A stretch of DNA of 64,000 nucleotides from Candidatus Micrarchaeota archaeon (GTDB lineage Archaea > Micrarchaeota > Micrarchaeia > Micrarchaeales > Micrarchaeaceae), in NCBI GenBank assembly GCA_027345565.1, contig DAHWIF010000005.1:1-64000 (forward strand), given 5' to 3'. Below, piece by piece: positions 39,184 through 49,433 of the stretch. A model generated the notes under the pieces. It ran no database searches. It saw only the letters and a program-made list of their open reading frames with translations, and was not told the DNA's origin. The first letter of the stretch is position 1. Every line of letters begins with the position of its first letter. Made by a program: the position numbers and the translations under genes.

Positions 39184-41337
39184 CTATCTGTACATGTTCT
39201 CAGGCGCGTTCTTGAATTTCCTTATGCGCTCCGAGAGCTCCCTCGGTATCGCAGGCTTCACCTCCTGGAAGGCGAATGCGAAGTCATCCTTCGTCACGGC
39301 CGTCCTGCCTAGCCTTATAGCGTTCATGCCGGCCTCTCGGCAAACATTCTCTATCTCCGCACCGGTGTACCCTTCGGAGAGCTTCGCCAGGTCATCCAGC
39401 CGTATGTTCTTGTCGAGCGGCATGCGCTTCGTGTGCACCTCGAATATCGCCTTCCTGGTCTCATCATCCGGCATCGGTATCTCTATTATCTTGTCGAACC
39501 TCCCAGGCCTGAGCAGCGCAGGGTCTATCATGTCAGGCCTGTTCGTGGCGGCGAGCACCACGACATTCTTCATCTCCGAGAGGCCGTCGAGCTCGGTGAG
39601 CAGAGTGTCGACTATCCTCTCCGTCACGAATGAGTCGCCGTTGCCGCCGTCCCTTGTCGGCGCAATCGCGTCTATTTCGTCTATGAATATTATGCACGGG
39701 GCAGCCTGCCTCGCCTTCCTAAAAATCTCCCTAGTTGCCTTTTCGGATTCGCCGACGAACTTGCTCAGCAGCTCAGGCCCCTTTATTGAGATGAAGTTGG
39801 ATTCGCGCTCCGTCGCGACCGCCTTCGCCAGCATAGTCTTGCCCGTGCCAGGCGCGCCGACGAGCAGTATCCCCCTCACGGGCCTTATGCCCATCTTCTC
39901 GAACGCCTCAGGGTTCTTTATCGGCATCTCTATGGCCTCTTTGAGCTGCGTCTTTACGAACGAGAGACCACCGACATCATCCCAGTGGATGTTAGGCCTC
40001 TCGACGAATACCTCACGGAGCGCGCTCGGCTGTATGTTCCTGTATGCGTCTATGAAATCCTCCCTCGTAACGTGGAGGTTTACGAGCAGCTCGTTCGGTA
40101 TCGATTTTTTGTCTATTATGGTCGGGAGTACCTTCCTCAGCGAGCACATCGCCGCCTCCCTAGCCAACGCGGTGAGGTCAGCGCCTGTGTATCCGTGGGT
40201 CAGGTCTGCCAGCTCGTCGAGGTTGACTCCCCTGAGCGGCATGTTCCTCGTGTGTATCTGGAGTATCTCTTTCCTGGCGTTCCTGTCTGGCACGCCTATC
40301 TCTATCTCGCGGTCGAACCTGCCGGGCCTCCTGAGCGCCGGGTCTATCGCATTAGGCCTGTTAGTTGCTCCTATGACTATGACCTGGCCCCTCGATCCCA
40401 TGCCGTCAAGCAGCGCGAGCAGCTGCGATACCATTCGCCTCTCCACTTCGTTGGTCGCCTCCTCTCTCTTCGGCGCTATCGCATCTATCTCATCCATAAA
40501 TATTATCGTCGGAGCCTTCTCTTTAGCCTCGTTGAATATCTCGCGCAGCTTCTCCTCGCTCTCGCCCACAAACTTGCTGACCAGCTCAGGTCCGGATATA
40601 TCTATGAAGTGCGCATCGGATTCATTCGCTACCGCCTTGGCAAGCAGCGTCTTGCCCGTGCCAGGCGCACCGTAGAGCAATACCCCGCGCGGCGGCTCTA
40701 TGCCCAGCCTCTCGAACAGCTCCGGATACCTTATCGGGAGCTCCACCATCTCCCTTATCTTCTGTATCTCCGTCTTCAGGCCGCCTATGTCCTCATAGTG
40801 CACGTCGCCGATCTTCACCATAGACTCTGATATCGGCTCTGTCCTGACGACCATGTCAGTATCTTTCGTCACCCTTACTACTCCATGAGGCGATACCTGC
40901 GCCACCACGAAATTGAATACGTAACCGAACATCGGTATCGGTACAACATCCCCCCTCACTAGTGGCTTGTCTTCCAGCTTGTTCTTCGCATACTCTGCGA
41001 AATCCGGTGATATCGGAGTGCGCTGGTTCGGCGGCGGGGCCAGTATCACCTTCTCGGCGTTGTTGACATTCGCCTTCGCGGCGAAGACCCTGTCACCTAT
41101 CCCTACACCAAGGTTCTGTCTTATCCAGCCGTCCACCCTTATGAAATCGAGGCCCTCGTCCTGCTGGTGCGCAGCCATAACTATGGCGGCTGTAGACCTG
41201 CGTTTGCCCTTTATCTCAAGCATGTCTCCCGGCGTGACATTGAGCAGCTTCCGTGCCTTGGAGTCTACCCTAGCAATACCCCTGCCATCATCAGTGACAA
41301 GCGCGCTCGCAACAGTCAGCTCAATTCCGTTTACCAT
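39184..41337 (-). CDS. cdc48: CDC48/VCP AAA+ ATPase
   Basis: N-domain, two GAPGTGKT Walker A motifs, [15 protein letters not shown]-terminal HbYX (MYR); AGGTGA SD before MVNGIE. Confidence 0.96.
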   Translation of the reverse strand: MVNGIELTVASALVTDDGRGIARVDSKARKLLNVTPGDMLEIKGKRRSTAAIVMAAHQQDEGLDFIRVDGWIRQNLGVGIGDRVFAAKANVNNAEKVILAPPPNQRTPISPDFAEYAKNKLEDKPLVRGDVVPIPMFGYVFNFVVAQVSPHGVVRVTKDTDMVVRTEPISESMVKIGDVHYEDIGGLKTEIQKIREMVELPIRYPELFERLGIEPPRGVLLYGAPGTGKTLLAKAVANESDAHFIDISGPELVSKFVGESEEKLREIFNEAKEKAPTIIFMDEIDAIAPKREEATNEVERRMVSQLLALLDGMGSRGQVIVIGATNRPNAIDPALRRPGRFDREIEIGVPDRNARKEILQIHTRNMPLRGVNLDELADLTHGYTGADLTALAREAAMCSLRKVLPTIIDKKSIPNELLVNLHVTREDFIDAYRNIQPSALREVFVERPNIHWDDVGGLSFVKTQLKEAIEMPIKNPEAFEKMGIRPVRGILLVGAPGTGKTMLAKAVATERESNFISIKGPELLSKFVGESEKATREIFRKARQAAPCIIFIDEIDAIAPTRDGGNGDSFVTERIVDTLLTELDGLSEMKNVVVLAATNRPDMIDPALLRPGRFDKIIEIPMPDDETRKAIFEVHTKRMPLDKNIRLDDLAKLSEGYTGAEIENVCREAGMNAIRLGRTAVTKDDFAFAFQEVKPAIPRELSERIRKFKNAPENMYR

Positions 41338-41436
41338 GCGAATCACCTAAGGAAAAGGTACTCCCACCTATAAAATAACACAGCAACTACTTTAATAGCT
41401 TATCTGTATGCTTCGGTGCGCTGGTGCGGAAAGCTA

Positions 41437-41559
41437 CTAATCTTCGCCTTCGTCCTCGTCCCCTTCGTCGTCGTCCTCCCAGTCTTCGTCCTCGTCCCCT
41501 TCGTCGTCGCCGCCCATGTCGTCGTCGTCAGCCAGCTTGTATCTCCATAGTTGATCCAT
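41437..41559 (-). CDS. 40-aa highly acidic microprotein (absent from ORF track)
   Basis: MDQLWRYKLADDDDMGGDDEGDEDEDWEDDDEGDEDEGED*; GTGAT SD-like site upstream; tandem TAG TAG stops. Confidence 0.65.
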   Translation of the reverse strand: MDQLWRYKLADDDDMGGDDEGDEDEDWEDDDEGDEDEGED

Positions 41560-41937
41560 CAGATCACGTTAGGCGTTCTTGCACCGCCATTACGCTCTGT
41601 TATTGAGCACACTATATAAAAACCTTTCTGTTATGCGGGCTTTGGGACAAAACTAATCGCATGTCTTCGCTTACAACCAAATGCGCCTTTCCACCAATAT
41701 ATCCTTTAGTATATCCTTTAGCGCGTGGGTCATTGTTGGCTTTTTCAATGCTCTGTTATGCGATTATTGATGGGTTTGCGTTGATGTCGTCACATCCTCG
41801 TAAAAAAGCTAAGGTATAAATATTTAACCGAGAGATAACTAGAGAATCGGGCGTTTTTTGCAAAGGGAAAACCGCTCAGGAAAAAGGTGCGGATTTTAGG
41901 AATCCTAGCACGTGAATTGTTACACTCAAGTGATAAG

Positions 41938-43206
41938 ATGGCAGACAAACCACACATGAATTTGATCTTCATAGGGCACGTAGACCACGGAAAGTCAACA
42001 ACGGTCGGAAGGCTGCTCTATGCCACGGGCGTAATAACGGACAGGGACCTGGACAGGTACAAGGAAGCGACGGCGCAGTTTAACAGGCCTACGTTCGAGT
42101 TTGCGTTCGTGATGGACACGCTTAAGGAGGAGCGTGAGCGTGGGATTACGATTGACATACAGCACAGGGATTTCCAGACGTCGAAATACTACTTCACGAT
42201 AATAGACGCGCCAGGTCACCGCGACTTCGTCAAGAACATGATCACAGGCGCAAGCCAGGCCGACGCGGCTGTGCTGGTGGTGAGCGCGAAGGACGGCATA
42301 CAGGCGCAGACAAGGGAGCACGCGCAGCTAATCTTCGTCCTAGGGGTCCAGCAGATAATAGTCGGCATAAACAAGATGGACGAGGTCGGATACGACCAGA
42401 AGAAGTATGAAGAGGTTAAGAAGCAGGTCGGGGACATGCTCAAAACCATGGGCTTCAAGACGGATCAGATACCGTTCATACCATACTCGGCGCAGATGGG
42501 CGACAACGTGAAGGACAAGTCTGACAAGACAGCGTGGTACAACGGCCCGACGCTGCTTGCGGCACTCGATGCGCTGAAGATGCCGGATAAGCCGGTAGAC
42601 AAGCCGCTCAGGCTGCCAATACAGGACGTTTTCAGCATCTCCGGTTTCGGCACAGTTCCTGTCGGCAGGGTCGAGAGCGGCGTGCTAAAGGCGGGAGACC
42701 AAATAGTGATAATGCCTGGCGGGGCCAAGACGGAGGTCAAGAGCATAGAGATGCACCACCAGCAGCTCCAGAAGGCGGAGCCTGGCGACAACGTCGGCTT
42801 CAACGTCAAGGGACTGGAGAAGAAGGACATAAAGAGGGGCGACGTGGTCGGACCTGCCAGCAATCCGCCAACCGTAGCGGCTGAGTTCAAGGCGCAGGTC
42901 ATAATACTGCACCACCAGAACGTCATAGCGAGGGGATACACTCCGGTCTTCCACATACACACCGCACAGGTGGCATGCACATTCGAGGACATACTGGAGA
43001 GGAAGGACCCGAAGACAGGCCAGACCGTGGAGCAGAACCCGCAGACGATAAAGACCGGAGATCTCGCCATAGTCAAGATAAAGCCGACGAAGCCGATAGC
43101 GTGCGAGAAGTTCAGCGATTTCAAGCCCCTAGGCAGGTTCGCGATACGCGACATGGGCGAGACAATAGGCGCAGGGGTAATAATGGAGATAACCCCGAGA
43201 AAGTGA
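41938..43206 (+). CDS. tuf: Translation elongation factor 1-alpha
   Basis: GHVDHGKST, ERERGITID, DAPGHRDF, NKMD and LGRFAIRDMG motifs. Confidence 0.98.
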   Translation: MADKPHMNLIFIGHVDHGKSTTVGRLLYATGVITDRDLDRYKEATAQFNRPTFEFAFVMDTLKEERERGITIDIQHRDFQTSKYYFTIIDAPGHRDFVKNMITGASQADAAVLVVSAKDGIQAQTREHAQLIFVLGVQQIIVGINKMDEVGYDQKKYEEVKKQVGDMLKTMGFKTDQIPFIPYSAQMGDNVKDKSDKTAWYNGPTLLAALDALKMPDKPVDKPLRLPIQDVFSISGFGTVPVGRVESGVLKAGDQIVIMPGGAKTEVKSIEMHHQQLQKAEPGDNVGFNVKGLEKKDIKRGDVVGPASNPPTVAAEFKAQVIILHHQNVIARGYTPVFHIHTAQVACTFEDILERKDPKTGQTVEQNPQTIKTGDLAIVKIKPTKPIACEKFSDFKPLGRFAIRDMGETIGAGVIMEITPRK

Positions 43207-43210
43207 ATCG

Positions 43211-43516
43211 ATGCAGACAGCAACCATCAAGCTCGTAAGCACAAAGGCCAAGGATGCCGATTCGATAGCGAACCAGATAAAGGAGATAACCAAGTCAATA
43301 AATATAAAATGCAAGGGCCCGATACCTCTTCCCACAAAGGTGGTATCGCAGACAACCAGGAAAGCGCCGTCGCACCAGGGGAGCCACACCTACGAAAGGT
43401 GGGAGATGCGCTTCCACAAGCGCCTAATTACCATAGAGAGCAGCGAGCAGGCGCTCAGGCAGATAATGAGGATAGTGGTGCCTGACACGGTGCAGATAGA
43501 GATGAGCCTGGGCTAA
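43211..43516 (+). CDS. rpsJ: 30S ribosomal protein uS10
   Basis: KGPIPLPT, RKAP..GS.TYERWEMRFHKRLI; follows tuf. Confidence 0.96.
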   Translation: MQTATIKLVSTKAKDADSIANQIKEITKSINIKCKGPIPLPTKVVSQTTRKAPSHQGSHTYERWEMRFHKRLITIESSEQALRQIMRIVVPDTVQIEMSLG

Positions 43517-43583
43517 TCTGCTGATTCAAGAAAGCCAGTTGGTTATAATATTTTACAACTAAGTGGTATTCAACAATCATATC

Positions 43584-43671
43584 ACTAAAGTTATAATAAA
43601 ATATAACTTCGGTTATAAAATAGGAAGATTTATATATTTTTAGCTACTAAAGTTATAATAAAATATTACTT
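43584..43671. promoter_or_regulatory. Two 26-bp palindromic operator-like direct repeats
   Basis: ACTAAAGTTATAATAAAATATAACTT (43584-43609) and ACTAAAGTTATAATAAAATATTACTT (43646-43671) upstream of the AbiE pair. Confidence 0.65.
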
Positions 43672-43681
43672 TGGTAATTCT

Positions 43682-44347
43682 ATGAATATTCCGTTGAGGA
43701 ACAGGCTGCAGAAGAGGGCACAGAGGGACGTCGCCCTGCTGGAGGATGTTCTTGTCAGGATACTCTACGAGGCAGACAGCACCGCCGAAATACACGGAGG
43801 CACAGCCATCTGGCGGTGCTACGGCGGAAGAAGGTTCTCCAAGGACATCGACATATACCTGGCGTCTCAGGAAAAGCTCCAGGAGCTCAAGGAGCGCATA
43901 AGGGTCGTGGCGGACAGGTACAACGCAAAAGTTGAGAAGCTCAAGGACACCGGCCACCTCATCTACATCTCCTTCTTGTTGGACGACATCTACTCCGAAA
44001 TAGACATAAATTACAAGGCGTATTACAGAGAGCCAGTGGTGAGACAGTACGAGAACCTAGATGGCTCCTTTTATGATGTGCTGACGCTGCCGCCGGAGGC
44101 CCTGATAGACGAGAAGATAAATGCGTACGCAGACCGGGAATCCATAACGGATCTATATGACATAGGGATACTGCTGGATCATGCCGATGTTAAGGCCCTG
44201 AGACCCAAAATGAAGAAATTTGTTTCATCATTGAAAACGCCAGCTAGACTGAAAGAGGAGGAATCCAGGTTACAGGGTCTCATATACGAGGGGCCGATAC
44301 CGTCGTTCAGGACGCTTGTTGACCGCATAAAGGGTAAGATTTCATGA
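43682..44347 (+). CDS. AbiEii/DUF1814 nucleotidyltransferase toxin
   Basis: HGGTAIWRCYGGRRFSKDIDI, EKINA and DLYDI motifs. Confidence 0.85.
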   Translation: MNIPLRNRLQKRAQRDVALLEDVLVRILYEADSTAEIHGGTAIWRCYGGRRFSKDIDIYLASQEKLQELKERIRVVADRYNAKVEKLKDTGHLIYISFLLDDIYSEIDINYKAYYREPVVRQYENLDGSFYDVLTLPPEALIDEKINAYADRESITDLYDIGILLDHADVKALRPKMKKFVSSLKTPARLKEEESRLQGLIYEGPIPSFRTLVDRIKGKIS

Positions 44348-44991
44348 CAAAATACATAGGGCTTTTGCGAGAAAGGTTCAACAATTATGACTACCCGGTC
44401 TTCACGCTGACCGATGCGAGGGTCCTGCTCGGCAGGAGCAAGATAAGCGAGGGCTACCTTAAGACGCTGATCAACCACCTGATGAAGAAAAACGAGATAA
44501 GGAGAATATCCAAGGGCGCATACACCTTCCATGATGACATCGCAGTTGTCGGCTTTGCATTCAGGCCGTTCTATTACGGATTGGAAGATGCGCTGTCCTA
44601 TAGGAATCTCTGGACGCAGGCCACAAACCCCATAATCATTACAGGAAATCCGGTGAGGGAAGGCGTGAGGAAATTCGGAAACGCGAATTACATAGTAAAA
44701 AGGATTAAAACAGGCCTCTTCTTCGGGTTCGATTTCATTAAGCACTACGACATGTGGCTGCCAGTGTCAGATGCGGAAAAAACACTGATCGACCTAGTCT
44801 ACTACAAGCACGGCGTAAGGGACGATGCAATGGGGCCTTTGCTAGAGTCTATAGACAAAGAGAAGCTTGATGGCTATCTAGAACATTACAGCCAAGGCTT
44901 CAGGAAAAGACTGCATTCTTATATTGGTAAATCCAGATCGGCGCCGGGGAAGGGCTGGTATGGGATGAATGTGCAGGGCGCTCGCGTGTGA
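44344..44991 (+). CDS. AbiEi-like antitoxin (wHTH + C-terminal domain)
   Basis: FTLTD..., I.RISKGAY, Y.GLEDAL, FFGF and VSDAEKTLID motifs. Confidence 0.82.
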   Translation: MTKYIGLLRERFNNYDYPVFTLTDARVLLGRSKISEGYLKTLINHLMKKNEIRRISKGAYTFHDDIAVVGFAFRPFYYGLEDALSYRNLWTQATNPIIITGNPVREGVRKFGNANYIVKRIKTGLFFGFDFIKHYDMWLPVSDAEKTLIDLVYYKHGVRDDAMGPLLESIDKEKLDGYLEHYSQGFRKRLHSYIGKSRSAPGKGWYGMNVQGARV

Positions 44992-44995
44992 TGTC

Positions 44996-46750
44996 TCATC
45001 TCGCATTCTTCTTTATCTCCGATATCCGCTTTAGCAGGTCTGCCTCCTCAATGCTGATGAGGTTCGCGAACTCCCCCTTCAGCAGCCGCTCGTCCTCATC
45101 TGTCACCCTTGTGTAAAGCACGTGCCCCTCCCTCACCTGTCGGCCAAAGGTGGGCTCGTCCATCGATATCGCGACGCTGTCGCCCGCCCTTGCAGATTCG
45201 AGCGGAGCCCTCTCCGTCTGTATCCCCTTTATCTTCCCTACGACCTCGCCCGTGTCGCTCATAAGCAGCCAGCCGACCTTTATCCTTCCAGCTGTGATAT
45301 TCACGCCGAATATCGCCGGATGTGATACGCGGAAACAGCTGTTAGGCAGCACCTCAACCCTGCCTGGGAAAACTATCCTGCTCTCTGCTTTGCTAAGGCT
45401 GCTCCTTTGCATCTCATCTATGAGGAGCTTGTAGTCGTCTATTAGCTTGTATATTATATTGCTGCTTATCACCTTCACCCCGCTATCGAATGAGGCCGCC
45501 TGCGCCTCCTGGTCGATCGTCACGTTGAAGGAGAGCACCACCTCATATGCGGGATTCACGGATAGCTGTGAAAACGCGTCCACCACGTCCCTCCTGGTCA
45601 CGCTGCCCAGCCCCTTCTTGCTTATCCTGAAGCCCATGCCCTCCATGAGCTTTGATATCGCCTCGAGGCTGCCTATCGAATCGGCCTTTAGCACAACGCC
45701 GTTCTTGTCCGTCTGGAAGACGTCGCCGAGCTCCGCGCTTACCTCGCTCGCATAACCCTCATCTGAGACCTGTACGACCGGGGATCCGACCAAGGCCTCC
45801 TCGAGCCCGACCCCGCTTATCTTGATCCCCACGGCTGCTGATACTTCATCGACATAGTCGAACCTGCTCGCCCCTTCGTGTATCTCCTGCAGCGGCTTGG
45901 CCTTGAGCAGGGAGCGTATCTTTGCGGTTGCTATGCCGCCAGGGGTTGCGAACGCTATCGTGTCGTTGGCCCTCAGCGAGCCGTCGTAGAGTATCACATC
46001 GATGGTTGTGCCAAGCCCCTTGACCTCCTTCTTCTCCAGTATGCTTCCCCTGCCAGGCCCCTTGACCTCTATGCTGAGCCTCATCTCGAGGTACTTCTGC
46101 GCCAGCCCGGTTGTGACCATGAGCAGCTCTGACACGCCCTCGCCTGTCTTCGCGCTCATCGGCACTATCGCGAGCTCTTTCTGGAAGTTCCTCACACGGT
46201 CGTAGCGCTCCGCGTTGAAGCCGAGCTCGCTGAGCTTCCCTATGACCTGGAAGATTCTCTGCTCCAGTGCATCCTGCACGTGCTGGTTCTGCCCCTTCAC
46301 GGCGTCAGCGAAGCTCTTCGACTTGCTGTCTATCCAACCGGTTATAAGGTCTATCTTGTTGGCTGCGACTATGAACGGGGTCTTGTACTCCTTGAGTATC
46401 TCTATAGCCTCGATCGTCTGCGGCTGGAAGCCCTGCGCTATGTCGATGACGAGTATGGCGAGGTCGGCGACGCTGCCGCCCCTCCTCCTAAGGTTCGTGA
46501 AAGCCTCATGGCCGGGCGTGTCTATGAAAAGAAGCCCTGGTATGGTTATATCGCCCATGCCCTTGAGCATAGGCCCGCATATCTTTTCTATTACGCTTAT
46601 CGGGACCTCGCTCGCGCCTATGTGCTGGGTTATGCCTCCGGCTTCCCTTGCGGCTACGGTCGAGCTCCTTATCCGGTCAAGAAGCGCGGTTTTGCCGTGG
46701 TCTACGTGGCCCATTACCACTATTATAGGCTGCCTTATCATCGCCATCAC
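44996..46750 (-). CDS. infB: Translation initiation factor aIF5B (IF-2)
   Basis: RQPI.VVMGHVDHGKT, EAGGITQHIGA, DTPGHEAF and NKID motifs. Confidence 0.97.
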   Translation of the reverse strand: MMAMIRQPIIVVMGHVDHGKTALLDRIRSSTVAAREAGGITQHIGASEVPISVIEKICGPMLKGMGDITIPGLLFIDTPGHEAFTNLRRRGGSVADLAILVIDIAQGFQPQTIEAIEILKEYKTPFIVAANKIDLITGWIDSKSKSFADAVKGQNQHVQDALEQRIFQVIGKLSELGFNAERYDRVRNFQKELAIVPMSAKTGEGVSELLMVTTGLAQKYLEMRLSIEVKGPGRGSILEKKEVKGLGTTIDVILYDGSLRANDTIAFATPGGIATAKIRSLLKAKPLQEIHEGASRFDYVDEVSAAVGIKISGVGLEEALVGSPVVQVSDEGYASEVSAELGDVFQTDKNGVVLKADSIGSLEAISKLMEGMGFRISKKGLGSVTRRDVVDAFSQLSVNPAYEVVLSFNVTIDQEAQAASFDSGVKVISSNIIYKLIDDYKLLIDEMQRSSLSKAESRIVFPGRVEVLPNSCFRVSHPAIFGVNITAGRIKVGWLLMSDTGEVVGKIKGIQTERAPLESARAGDSVAISMDEPTFGRQVREGHVLYTRVTDEDERLLKGEFANLISIEEADLLKRISEIKKNAR

Positions 46751-46836
46751 AAAAAGAGTACAGTATTCTCTCTAGTCTAACATATAAAAAGTTAGCCCCA
46801 TTTAAATATACCGAAGAATGGCCATGCAGAAACGTC

Positions 46837-47481
46837 TTAGCCTGGGGTTATAATGTCAGCGCTCCTCCACAGGTACAACGAGGCTATCGTGCCGTACGGT
46901 TTCCATCTCTCTGCAAGCTCGGAGAACTTGCTCCCTGTGGGGTAATCCTTAAGCCCGTATGCGCGCTTTATCGCTTTCTTTATCCCGAGGTCGTCGCGCG
47001 GCACGATGTCCGTCCTGCCCAGGCTGAAGATCAGGAACATCTCTGCCGTCCATCTTCCTATACCTCGTACCTCGTCCAGCTCCTCTATTATGTCCTCATC
47101 ATCCATAATGTCGAACTTGTTGAGTTCGATCCTGCCATCTTTTATCCTTGTGCACAGGTCAACGAGGTATGAGTACTTCTGGGGCGATATCCCGGCTTCT
47201 CTCACCTTCTTCTCAGGCGTCGTAAGGAACCTGTTAGGGGAGGGCAACCTGTTATTATACAGCGCCTTGAAGCGTCTTTCTATTGATTCACCAGCAGCTC
47301 CTGATATCTGTTGGTATATTATTGCACTCATCAGCGACTCGTATGAGTCGCCGCCCCAGTTCACCCTTATGCGTCCGATCCTCTTTATGAGCTTTGCTAG
47401 CACCTTGTCGCGCTTCGAGAGGTGCTTTATCGCTGTGCTCCGGGCACCCTTGTCGTATATGGTTGGAATCTTTCCTTTCAT
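46837..47481 (-). CDS. DNA-3-methyladenine glycosylase II (AlkA family)
   Basis: IIYQQIS, HhH VRGIGRWTAEM, DDLG and W.PY...A..YLW motifs. Confidence 0.9.
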   Translation of the reverse strand: MKGKIPTIYDKGARSTAIKHLSKRDKVLAKLIKRIGRIRVNWGGDSYESLMSAIIYQQISGAAGESIERRFKALYNNRLPSPNRFLTTPEKKVREAGISPQKYSYLVDLCTRIKDGRIELNKFDIMDDEDIIEELDEVRGIGRWTAEMFLIFSLGRTDIVPRDDLGIKKAIKRAYGLKDYPTGSKFSELAERWKPYGTIASLYLWRSADIITPG

Positions 47482-47573
47482 GTATGCAAGTTTTCCGAAG
47501 GTTTATAAAAATTGTATGGTCAATGCCGTTATCCGTGTGAAGGAAGTTCTTGCAAAGCTATTTATTTATGGGC

Positions 47574-48161
47574 ATGCAAATCCAAGATGATAACGTGTCA
47601 GCCAGGTTTTTCATAATAGCGATTGCTGCTGCGCTGATTGTGGCCCTGCCTGTCTCTTATGCAGCATTGCCTCAGTTTCCAATTACCCCGTACAGCAACG
47701 TCACCCAGGTCGGCTACCATGTGTTGAATATATCGACATATGGTTACTTCACCGCTGTAATAGGCCAGCGGAGCTTCAACACGACCCAGAACTTCATATC
47801 GCCGAACGAGTCTGGTGTGACGATAAACAATGTCTCGTATGACCTTTATCCAGGGAAACCGGTGTTAATATCCGGCACCAATGATAGCTACGTAATGCTT
47901 GTGCGAGTCAACTATATACCCAGGCAACATACCGTCAACGTCAATATATACAGCTTGCAACCCACTATCACAACCACCAGCTCTACAACATCCAGCACGA
48001 GCACTACCGCGCCAGCTATTTTGACTACGGTCCCCATCATTGCGCATACGACCTCCATAAACCAAACGACCACCATAGCGGCGCAGCAGTCCGGAAGCCA
48101 GCTCGGAAACTTCATAGCGCGGCTAATCGCAGCCCTAAAGAGCCTCTTCTCCAAGCTTTAG
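47574..48161 (+). CDS. Secreted/surface protein with Thr-rich stalk
   Basis: Signal helix, beta-rich domain, TTTSSTTSSTSTT tract, amphipathic C-terminus. Confidence 0.7.
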   Translation: MQIQDDNVSARFFIIAIAAALIVALPVSYAALPQFPITPYSNVTQVGYHVLNISTYGYFTAVIGQRSFNTTQNFISPNESGVTINNVSYDLYPGKPVLISGTNDSYVMLVRVNYIPRQHTVNVNIYSLQPTITTTSSTTSSTSTTAPAILTTVPIIAHTTSINQTTTIAAQQSGSQLGNFIARLIAALKSLFSKL

Positions 48162-49046
48162 CCACTTCACTGTGCCGCACGCAAATATCCTCGGGGATTC
48201 CTTCCTCACCAAAAGGAACTTCTCGCCAGGCCGCATGGCGAGTTGCGCCGCCATGCTTATCTCGAAGTAGTCACCCTCCTTTGACATCTTGCATGCGCTT
48301 GACCTGAAGCCGCATACGAGCCAGAGCTCGCTGTAGCTAAGGTCCTTGTCCTTCACCAGTCCACTTATCGATATGTTGGCTTTGATCCGCTGCGTTCTCC
48401 TGATCTCCGCTCTGGATAGCAGATCTCCCTTGCTTATCTCGTCAGATTCGGCGCCCTTTATGGCTATGCCGACCCGAGTATTGGTTCCTGCTTCATTTAT
48501 GTCCTGGTCCTGGCTCTGCAACGACCTGATCGTCACTCTCTTGCCGGAGCTGCAGAAAAGCTCATCATGTACCTTTACTACGCCACTCCTGACTACGCCA
48601 AGGAGCACGACGCCCACTCCTTTTACATCAAAGGAATGGTCCACCTCGACAATCGGGTCACCGGAGCTGTCAGCCTGCTGCGCGCCCAGATAGGAGAGCA
48701 ACCGATCCTCTTCCACAACGGTGCTATGCAGCCCAGATTTCTGCATTATTGATGAAGCATCCTGGTCCGCAGTCAGTATCGCCTGTTTGCCGAGCAGCCC
48801 GCACCCGATAATGGATTCGCCGAAAAGCCTGTCTATGCTCTTGGTGCTGACTACGATATTGTCTGATATGGTCAGCACCTCGGCTACGGAGTTGAACTTC
48901 TTCTCCGCGTCGGTCGGGGTGAGTATCGCGAAAACGGATTCACCATCCTTCCTGTTGTAGAATGTTATGCCGTTTGACGAGCCTTTCTTGCCCAACCTGG
49001 CTGCGAGCTCCTGATCGTTCGGCACAGCCACAAGCACATGCTTCAT
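48135..49046 (-). CDS. SelB/EF-Tu-like protein with degenerate G domain
   Basis: GKKGSSNGITFYN N-terminus; VDHSFDVKGVG.V.LG and IRSLQ...RVGIAIKG in domain II. Confidence 0.8.
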   Translation of the reverse strand: MKHVLVAVPNDQELAARLGKKGSSNGITFYNRKDGESVFAILTPTDAEKKFNSVAEVLTISDNIVVSTKSIDRLFGESIIGCGLLGKQAILTADQDASSIMQKSGLHSTVVEEDRLLSYLGAQQADSSGDPIVEVDHSFDVKGVGVVLLGVVRSGVVKVHDELFCSSGKRVTIRSLQSQDQDINEAGTNTRVGIAIKGAESDEISKGDLLSRAEIRRTQRIKANISISGLVKDKDLSYSELWLVCGFRSSACKMSKEGDYFEISMAAQLAMRPGEKFLLVRKESPRIFACGTVKWLKLGEEAL

Positions 49047-49050
49047 GCTC

Positions 49051-49425
49051 TCACATTTCTACCTCAAAAAAGTTAAGCTTGCCCTTTGCGGGTATCGGCC
49101 TATCGAACCTTATAGGGTCTTTAATCATGAATCCGTATTTGGGATTGGCGTAATCGATCGCAAGATGAAGCTCCCGGTCTTTCAGGAACGCCTCCCTGTC
49201 GTTGTATTTCTTGACGTCATATAGGAAAGCCCTGCCGATTATCGCGCCCCTCGCAAGCTTGTAAGGGTCCACGCCTGCTGCAATGCATGCTGCGATGTCG
49301 GGTTTCAGGCTTGCGTGCACAAGAAATTTCCCCCTGAACCTGGTGTTCCAGCTCCTCAGCTCTATCGTTTTCCTGCCTGAAATCAACAGGTCCGCGAACG
49401 GCTGCTTCATCGATAGGCACTTCAT
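49051..49425 (-). CDS. ASCH domain protein
   Basis: LSMKQPFADLLISGRKTIELRSW...HAS...GAIIG...PIPAKGKL. Confidence 0.9.
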   Translation of the reverse strand: MKCLSMKQPFADLLISGRKTIELRSWNTRFRGKFLVHASLKPDIAACIAAGVDPYKLARGAIIGRAFLYDVKKYNDREAFLKDRELHLAIDYANPKYGFMIKDPIRFDRPIPAKGKLNFFEVEM

Positions 49426-49433
49426 AGAAACAG

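Noticed and set aside
39158-40675. 505-aa plus-strand ORF and similar long antisense ORFs (e.g. 1641-2774, 42465-43223, 55463-56362)
   Set aside because: Antisense shadows of well-supported genes, with no motifs of their own
41424-41606. Arg/Pro-rich 60-aa plus-strand ORF
   Set aside because: Reverse-strand shadow of the acidic microprotein, which has the SD-like site and genome-typical codons
48135-49046. Selenocysteine machinery (true SelB)
   Set aside because: No GTPase motifs, and no tRNA-Sec, SECIS or in-frame UGA genes in the window
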